From contig JAHQWG010000028.1 of assembly GCA_029856045.1 (NCBI GenBank), positions 128,001 to 192,000 of the forward strand: a stretch of 64,000 nucleotides of DNA, read 5' to 3'. The translations under genes and the position numbers were made by a program. Of the stretch, positions 57,764 to 64,000 are shown one piece after another. The notes beneath the pieces are model-generated. The model was not told the DNA's origin and made no database searches. It saw only the letters and a list, made by a program, of their open reading frames with translations. Source of the DNA: Promethearchaeia archaeon. Lineage in GTDB: Archaea; Asgardarchaeota; Lokiarchaeia; Sigyniarchaeales; SOKP01. Each line of letters opens with the position of its first letter. Positions within the stretch are counted from its first letter, which is position 1.

Positions 57764-59269
57764 ATGTCTGAAGTATATCAAAAATTAAAAAAAATCGTTT
57801 CAGAAAAATTTGTATCGAATGATCTATATATGCGACATGCTTATAGTCGCAATGTCGATCCTGTTCTGCAGGGGATCCCTGAATATGTAGTAAGACCTAA
57901 AGACGCCAAGGAAATCTCTGAAATTTTAAAAATAGTAAATGAAGAGAATATACCTGTAATTCCACGAGGAGCTGGATGCTGTGAGTTTGGAGGAAGTAAA
58001 CCGATTGGAGATGGAGGAATTGTTTTAGATATGAAAAGAATGGAAAATATAATCAATTTAGATGAAGAAAATCTTATTATTACTGTCGAAGCGGGAATAT
58101 CTTGGTCAAAATTAAATGAATATTTATCTCAATTTGGGCTTTACACAGGATGTATGGGTCCAGGAAGTGGTTTGACCGCTTCTGTTGGAGGAGGTATCTC
58201 ACATCACTCTGTTGGTGGAGGGGGCTGTGCAAAGTATGGAGCCTGTACAAATCAACTCGTTTCCTTGGAGATTGTTCTTCCAACTGGAGAAATAATTGAA
58301 ACTGGTTCTCAAGCTAATAAATATTCGAAGTTTCCATTCAATCGATTTGGTAATGGACCTGACCTAGCAAGTTTATTCTGTGGAGATAATGGAATCTTTG
58401 GGGTTAAGACAAAAGTTTCATTGCAAGTATTTCCTAGACCAGATTTTGCCAATTATAAGACTTTTTTACTACCCCGAAAATCAGTTGAAGCATCCGTTAA
58501 TATTTTCACAGAAATAAGAAAGAAGGGAGTTGATGTTTATGATGCAATATATATTATGGATCTTCTGGTATCAGTTGGCTGTCAATATGGTTTATTTCCC
58601 TTGTGGGATAACTTAAAAAGAAAGCGTGGGGTCTTTTTTTATGTTATAGAAGCAAATTCAGAGGTAGAATTGGAGGAAAAAACAAAACAATTAGACAATA
58701 TTCTTTTAACTAATAAAGCCGAAGAGTTGGGTCCAGAGATTGCGGATGGCAATTTCGCAAAATGGCATTATACAGAACAGGGGCATTGGCTCTTTGCTCA
58801 TAATTTATGGGGTGTAGTCCCCGGATTTGAGCCATTAGATGCGGAGTGCCATACTCCAATTAATTCTTATCCAGCAATCTTGAAAGATTTAGATCAATGG
58901 GATCAGGAGCATTCTGAGGAAATGAATATGATTTTAGAGATTGCAGGATTCCGTCCTATTACTGGTAGTGGTCCAATCATTTTAATTGATGGCAATAATG
59001 TTGAATTTACTTGCGGATTTACGAGTTTTGCAAGTTATATTGATGGTAAGTATTATGATATTATTAGAGAGACAAACATTAAATTATGGAAATCAATATT
59101 GGAAAGGGTTACAAAGTGGGGAGTTCAATGGTATATGATGGGTGAGATAATGAGCAGGTTGATGATCGAAATTGGAGCATATTCAGAAGAATATTATAAT
59201 TTTCTGAAATCGATAAAGAAGACTCTCGATCCCAATTTGATTTTAAGTAGAGGGAAATTCAATTTTTAA
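57764..59269 (+). CDS. FAD-binding oxidoreductase (VAO/GlcD family), copy B
   Basis: Close paralog of 54964-56478 with the same motifs. Confidence 0.92.
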   Translation: MSEVYQKLKKIVSEKFVSNDLYMRHAYSRNVDPVLQGIPEYVVRPKDAKEISEILKIVNEENIPVIPRGAGCCEFGGSKPIGDGGIVLDMKRMENIINLDEENLIITVEAGISWSKLNEYLSQFGLYTGCMGPGSGLTASVGGGISHHSVGGGGCAKYGACTNQLVSLEIVLPTGEIIETGSQANKYSKFPFNRFGNGPDLASLFCGDNGIFGVKTKVSLQVFPRPDFANYKTFLLPRKSVEASVNIFTEIRKKGVDVYDAIYIMDLLVSVGCQYGLFPLWDNLKRKRGVFFYVIEANSEVELEEKTKQLDNILLTNKAEELGPEIADGNFAKWHYTEQGHWLFAHNLWGVVPGFEPLDAECHTPINSYPAILKDLDQWDQEHSEEMNMILEIAGFRPITGSGPIILIDGNNVEFTCGFTSFASYIDGKYYDIIRETNIKLWKSILERVTKWGVQWYMMGEIMSRLMIEIGAYSEEYYNFLKSIKKTLDPNLILSRGKFNF

Positions 59270-59441
59270 GGAAATTAACTCTTTTAATTTTTTTTTAAAG
59301 AAAAAATTAAAAATTATTATAATCCATATCAGTAAATATAAAAAAAGTAATTATACTCAATATTATGATCTATAAAGAAATTGTTTAGATTATTTTTGAT
59401 ATTTTTTTGATAAAATTAATTATTATATAGGGAAAGAAATC

Positions 59442-61298
59442 ATGATTCCAAAAAAAATGGACGCTTATCTTCGTTCTCATCTTCCTAAGGCAGCGATTAT
59501 GAATCGGCTTAAAAAAGAGGATGGGAAATGTTATTTGGAATTTAGTCATACAGATGAACACCTTTTATCCGGTATAGGAATTGTTTGCGATAAAATAGGT
59601 CCGGACCTTGTTGCATGTATATGGGATGAGAAATCAGAATTAGAAATTGGTGGGTATTTAGTAGTTGATAACCTTTCAATGGGGCGCCCGTCAATGGGTG
59701 GTATTAGAATGTTACCAAATGTCTCTCCGTCAGATATCTATAATTTAGCGCGAGGTATGACTTTAAAAAATGGAGCTGCTAATCTTCCCTATGGCGGTGG
59801 AAAATTAGGGATTGTAGCTGAAAGCAATCTCTCACCTGAGGAACATGTTGAAGTGGTGCGAGTCATTGCTCGCTTAATTCGCCGTTATAGAGATGTTTAT
59901 GTTCCGGGACCTGATGTTGGTACTAATGATGCTGATATGAAGACTATTGCTATAGAAAATGGATTGGATAGTGCTGTATCTAAACCTGCGGATATGGGTG
60001 GCAACAGAATTGATGAACTTGGTGCTGCTGCTGGTGGGGTAATTATTGCTCTGCAAACATTACTGGAAATAATGCCTAGGTTGAGAGTGCTTCCACAATT
60101 TGTAAATTTAGAAATTCCAGAATCTAAAGATCTTGAAATATTAATACAAGGTTTTGGTGCTGTTGGCGCACATGCAGCACGAATTTTGAAAGAACGTATT
60201 CCTGAAGCCAAAATAATAGGTATAAGTGATTTGGAGGGTTATTTATATAACAAATCTGGCCTTCCAATTGAGGACCTTTTCAAATTATGGAGAGAACAGG
60301 GGTTAGTTACTAATGCTTATTTTAAAGAGCATATAATCTTGGAGGGATATAAGTATCCTACTAAATTTTCTACAAATCCAAATAATCTACTTCTCGAAAA
60401 TGCTTTTTGTTTAGTGCCTGCCGCTCCTATATTTAATTATCTGGGTGTTCATCCATCTGAAAATGCATCAACAACAGTTGATCATGTGGGAAACTGGACA
60501 GTAATTATTGAAGGTGCAAATACTTACTCCCCAGATCCAAACAGAAAAGCTGCTCGAACCCGAATGGAACAAATTGTGTACCGTGAAAAAGGTGTGATGA
60601 TAGCAAATGATTATTTGGTAAATTCAGGTGGTGTAATTTTTGCTGCGCAAGAACATATTGTAAAGACACCAGACTATTTACAAGTTCCCGAGGAAATGTT
60701 AGGTGATCGTAAAGTAGTGGAAAAATGGCTAACAGATCACATTAAAGAATTTGCTGAACTGTCAAAACAACGTTTGAAAGCAGGAGAGGAATATAGAGAA
60801 AATGTTATTCACCATAACATGATAGAATTGGTTGATTTATTAGTATCACACCCAGATATGCTCCCTTGTGTAGCTGCTGAGCGTATCAGCCTTCAACGTC
60901 TCACCGCAAAAGAAAGTGAACGCACAGCAAAAGATATCATGATTCCTATTCCCACCATTGATGTTAATAGCAATATACAAGAGGCTTCTACATTGATCAT
61001 TGAAACAAATAGTAGTATTATAGCTGTACTTTCTGAAGATAAGCTTGTAGGAGTGGTAACAGTATGGGATATTACTAAATCTAATGCTGATGAAGTTGGT
61101 GGTGTTAATCTTGATAAAATAATGACAAAGGATGTTATTTCAGCCTCTCCAGATTTTACTATTCTGGACATTGTGCGGGGATTTGAACAACATCAAATTT
61201 CAGCTATGCCAGTAGTTAAAGAAGGAAAGGTCTTAGGTAAAGTTAGTTCAGACCTGATTGCGCAACGATATCTTCAACATTTATTGCAGGATCATTAA
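59442..61298 (+). CDS. Glu/Leu/Phe/Val dehydrogenase fused to a C-terminal CBS pair
   Basis: GGIRM, MTLK, GGGK, PGPDVGT, QGFGAVG, EGAN, NSGGV; then AKDIM..., LVGVVTVWDI, IMTKDVI, MPVV..GKVLG (CBS). Confidence 0.9.
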   Translation: MIPKKMDAYLRSHLPKAAIMNRLKKEDGKCYLEFSHTDEHLLSGIGIVCDKIGPDLVACIWDEKSELEIGGYLVVDNLSMGRPSMGGIRMLPNVSPSDIYNLARGMTLKNGAANLPYGGGKLGIVAESNLSPEEHVEVVRVIARLIRRYRDVYVPGPDVGTNDADMKTIAIENGLDSAVSKPADMGGNRIDELGAAAGGVIIALQTLLEIMPRLRVLPQFVNLEIPESKDLEILIQGFGAVGAHAARILKERIPEAKIIGISDLEGYLYNKSGLPIEDLFKLWREQGLVTNAYFKEHIILEGYKYPTKFSTNPNNLLLENAFCLVPAAPIFNYLGVHPSENASTTVDHVGNWTVIIEGANTYSPDPNRKAARTRMEQIVYREKGVMIANDYLVNSGGVIFAAQEHIVKTPDYLQVPEEMLGDRKVVEKWLTDHIKEFAELSKQRLKAGEEYRENVIHHNMIELVDLLVSHPDMLPCVAAERISLQRLTAKESERTAKDIMIPIPTIDVNSNIQEASTLIIETNSSIIAVLSEDKLVGVVTVWDITKSNADEVGGVNLDKIMTKDVISASPDFTILDIVRGFEQHQISAMPVVKEGKVLGKVSSDLIAQRYLQHLLQDH

Positions 61299-61455
61299 AA
61301 CTTTTTAATTTTACTTAAATCAATCATTTTCTTTTCCTTTAGATATTTATATACTAAAGGTAAATTAATTTAGAATAATAAATCAAGACTCCCTAAGCAA
61401 TTACAAAAAATATTAATAATATTTATTTTTTATTCACAATTTAATAAATCGGGTT

Positions 61456-62145
61456 ATGAATAAATTAGAACAATATTTACAACCAACTGAATTTTTTAAT
61501 TTTAATAAGCGTAATGTTAGAGAGAAAGCCCTTGAAATCACAAAAGGTTTAAAAACTGATAAAGAGAAAGCGATTGCTCTCTTTTATTGGGTTAGAGACA
61601 AAATAAAATACAATATGATGGCATTTTACATGCGTAAAAACAATTTCAAGGCAAGTATAACTATACGAAGACTAAATGGTTTTTGCGTCTCCAAAGCAAT
61701 TTTATTGTCTACATTAGCGAGAGCTGTCGGAATACCAGCCAAACTTCATATAGTTGACATTATAAATCATCTAGTTCCTAAAAGAATTGTGGAATTAATG
61801 GGGACAAATGTATTTTATTTTCATGGATATTCCGAACTCTATCTTAATGGTAAATGGGTTAAGGCTACACCTGTATTTGATAAAGATACTGCCCTTAAAG
61901 CTGGATTTTTACCAATGGTTGAATTTGATGGAGAAAATGACGGACTTCTTGCTCCTTATGATGTAAATGGAAATATTTTCGTAGAATATGTCGGAGATAG
62001 GGGTGTACATATTGATTTTCCTTATGATGATATTGAAATCGAATTTAACAAAAATTATGGTAACATTATAGATATGATTGAAAAAGGATTTCCTAGTCTA
62101 AAACCCCTTAAGAAAGGCACACCTGAATCAAACTTAACAATTTAA
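61456..62145 (+). CDS. Transglutaminase-like cysteine protease family protein
   Basis: YLQPT, LFYWVRD.I.Y, GFCVSKAILL..LARAVGIPA, HGYSE, GKW. Confidence 0.9.
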   Translation: MNKLEQYLQPTEFFNFNKRNVREKALEITKGLKTDKEKAIALFYWVRDKIKYNMMAFYMRKNNFKASITIRRLNGFCVSKAILLSTLARAVGIPAKLHIVDIINHLVPKRIVELMGTNVFYFHGYSELYLNGKWVKATPVFDKDTALKAGFLPMVEFDGENDGLLAPYDVNGNIFVEYVGDRGVHIDFPYDDIEIEFNKNYGNIIDMIEKGFPSLKPLKKGTPESNLTI

Positions 62146-62181
62146 AAAATGAATTTCTAATTTTAGTTATTTTAAAGCCAA

Positions 62182-62916
62182 TTATTTACTTGTTTTTTTA
62201 ATCATTATTATTCCAACCGGAATTATCCAAAGAAATATCGAAATCATAAGCATCCACTCCCAAAATGGTTTTGATGGGGGAAAATTTAATAAAAATATTA
62301 TCGCTATAATAGTTGGTCCAAAAATCATATAAATTCCTAGAAACCGGCGAATCATCATTGGATAAAATGTGATTAATAATCCAAAAAAAATACCAGAAAT
62401 AACAAACCCACTAAATACAATAATCGAAAACATCATATGTAAACCCAATGGTGTTGTACGGTCTTCAGAAAATAATCCGATCCCAAAAAACCCCACTATT
62501 CCGAAAAGCATCCATAGAAAACCGAGACTACTTAATCGAAATCTCATTCGAGAATATTCTTGTAAATCTTTTGCATCCTTTGGGAGTGGTGCAAATTGTT
62601 TTTCCATATAAAATAAAATGGGGATTAATAAAAATGCTGAAATCATGGCTCCATAGTCCAAAAAATAAGGTAAAGGAGTGTGATTAAATGATCCAAGATC
62701 ACTTATATAATTATCAATAATATTATAACCATCAGGGTCAAATTGAGCAACAATCACACCTATAATTAATGCAGAAAGAAAAATTACATTTACTCCAATA
62801 GTCGAAATCCTAACAATTTTAGGAGTCGTTAAAGAAACTTCAGTTTTTTCTTCTTTTTTTTGCAACCAATCGAAAAAATTATTAATTTTCATTTTAAACT
62901 TGTCATTTTTACTCAA
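62182..62916 (-). CDS. DUF998-like membrane protein, paralog 1
   Basis: GYNIIDNYISDLG, GLFSED, LH, WEW; five TM; TTG start with GAGGAG RBS. Confidence 0.75.
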   Translation of the reverse strand: MSKNDKFKMKINNFFDWLQKKEEKTEVSLTTPKIVRISTIGVNVIFLSALIIGVIVAQFDPDGYNIIDNYISDLGSFNHTPLPYFLDYGAMISAFLLIPILFYMEKQFAPLPKDAKDLQEYSRMRFRLSSLGFLWMLFGIVGFFGIGLFSEDRTTPLGLHMMFSIIVFSGFVISGIFFGLLITFYPMMIRRFLGIYMIFGPTIIAIIFLLNFPPSKPFWEWMLMISIFLWIIPVGIIMIKKTSK

Positions 62917-62950
62917 CTATTTCTCCTCTCTAATGTTTTATCTTTTATTT

Positions 62951-63736
62951 TTATTTATTTAATTTTTTTTGAAGCATTTTCTCTTTTTTAAACTGTCTAA
63001 GGGAGTATATACAGAGTGGATTCACCCATGCAAGAATAGAAAAAAGCAACATCCATTCCATAAATGGATTCGATATGGGTGTATATGCTGGCAATATCTG
63101 ATACAATATCATCGTTAAAGGGGGTATAATAATCATATAAATACCAAACTCTCTGGGAATGCTCGTTTTATAAAATACAATACATAAACCGAAGAAAAAT
63201 CCAGCGAATACAAAACCTCCAAAAGATAAAATACTTGCAATCCCATGGAGCCCCCAATAGTCTCTGTCTGCTGAAAACAACCCAACAAGTATATATCCAA
63301 TATTTCCTATAAGTCCAAATAAAAACCCATAACTAGAAAATCTAAATCTCCATCGTGAATATTGATGAAGTTCTTCTAGTTTAGAAGGAACCGGCGCTAC
63401 AGTTTTCTCTATAAAAAAAGTTAAAGATATTGTTAATGCACCAGCTAAACAGGCAGCTAAATCATAGAAAATAGGCATAGGGGTAAAATTGCTCCCTCCA
63501 AGGTCACTTATCCAATTATCCCATATATTATATCCATCAATTGCACTAAAATTAGAATTAAACTGGGCAATAATTACGCCAATAATTAATAAAGCATGAT
63601 AACCAATTAATGTGATAATCATTGATATTTTCACATTCCGGTGATCCGTGAGAAAATCCTCAGCCTTGTCATATTGATTTTTTATCCAAGCTAATAAAAT
63701 GTCTAACTTTTCATTTAATTTATCTAATAATTCCAC
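62951..63736 (-). CDS. DUF998-like membrane protein, paralog 2
   Basis: GYNIWDNWISDLG, GLFSAD, LH, MEW; tandem paralog of 62182-62916. Confidence 0.75.
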   Translation of the reverse strand: MELLDKLNEKLDILLAWIKNQYDKAEDFLTDHRNVKISMIITLIGYHALLIIGVIIAQFNSNFSAIDGYNIWDNWISDLGGSNFTPMPIFYDLAACLAGALTISLTFFIEKTVAPVPSKLEELHQYSRWRFRFSSYGFLFGLIGNIGYILVGLFSADRDYWGLHGIASILSFGGFVFAGFFFGLCIVFYKTSIPREFGIYMIIIPPLTMILYQILPAYTPISNPFMEWMLLFSILAWVNPLCIYSLRQFKKEKMLQKKLNK

Positions 63737-64000
63737 TTTTTCTCACTATTATAGATTAATTTTTTTAATGATAATAAAATAAATATTAAACTTATAACAA
63801 TATAATAATTCTTACAAGTTTAACGTTAGTTTTTAACAATGATGTTAAATTTAAAATGTGTAAAAAAGCATTTTTAAGAGTTTCTATTGGAATAGAAAAA
63901 CCATCTTTAAAAATTTTAATTCTTAATTTTTATTGAAAACACTTAATAATCTTGATTTTACTAATATTTTAAATTTGATTTACACTTTTATTTATTCACT

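Noticed and set aside
598-62687. Numerous short antisense/overlapping ORFs in the track (e.g. 598-798, 4517-5050, 14882-15289, 21570-22007, 59897-60211)
   Set aside because: They lie opposite or inside well-supported genes and have no motifs; these are shadow ORFs
1-64000. tRNA/rRNA genes and IS transposases
   Set aside because: No GC-rich cloverleaf- or rRNA-like segments in the intergenic regions and no transposase or integrase motifs in any ORF; tRNAscan-SE/Infernal would be needed to exclude small RNAs fully

Overview
Very AT-rich archaeal chromosomal segment, almost certainly from an Asgard archaeon (Lokiarchaeota/Promethearchaeota-like). The assignment rests on an actin-related protein, a roadblock/LC7 protein, two MglA-type small GTPases, a Vps29-like metallophosphoesterase, PCI-like winged helices, archaeal-type AsnRS, CofE and a bacterial-type gyrase. 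Left part: tandem SDRs, an ECF transporter, enoyl-CoA hydratase, a 1141-aa double-anchored repeat glycoprotein, asnS-gatA-gatB (no gatC), a divergent cofE/folP pair and gyrB-gyrA. Centre (25.1-38.5 kb): eight co-directional minus-strand genes. In transcription order they are a heptad-repeat PD-(D/E)XK protein, a 1476-aa prenyltransferase-barrel/coiled-coil/PCI/2-TM protein, an AbrB-ACT regulator, a coiled-coil protein, an actin-related protein, a helical solenoid-CHAT pseudo-protease, a PLD-fold pseudo-enzyme and an N6-adenine methyltransferase. This is the best candidate for an undescribed system: a membrane-tethered actin-related scaffold built from apparently catalytically dead enzyme folds. 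Right part: a G1PDH-like / Gfo-Idh-MocA / DegT / ceramidase-PIG-L / MFS cluster, expanded FAD-oxidoreductase + CCG Fe-S modules, a GDH-CBS fusion, transglutaminase and a DUF998-like pair. The ORF track misses an ATT-initiated 5' extension of the first GTPase and two pseudogene remnants. I found no rRNA, tRNA, CRISPR array or transposase. All calls come from reading motifs by eye; no database search was run.
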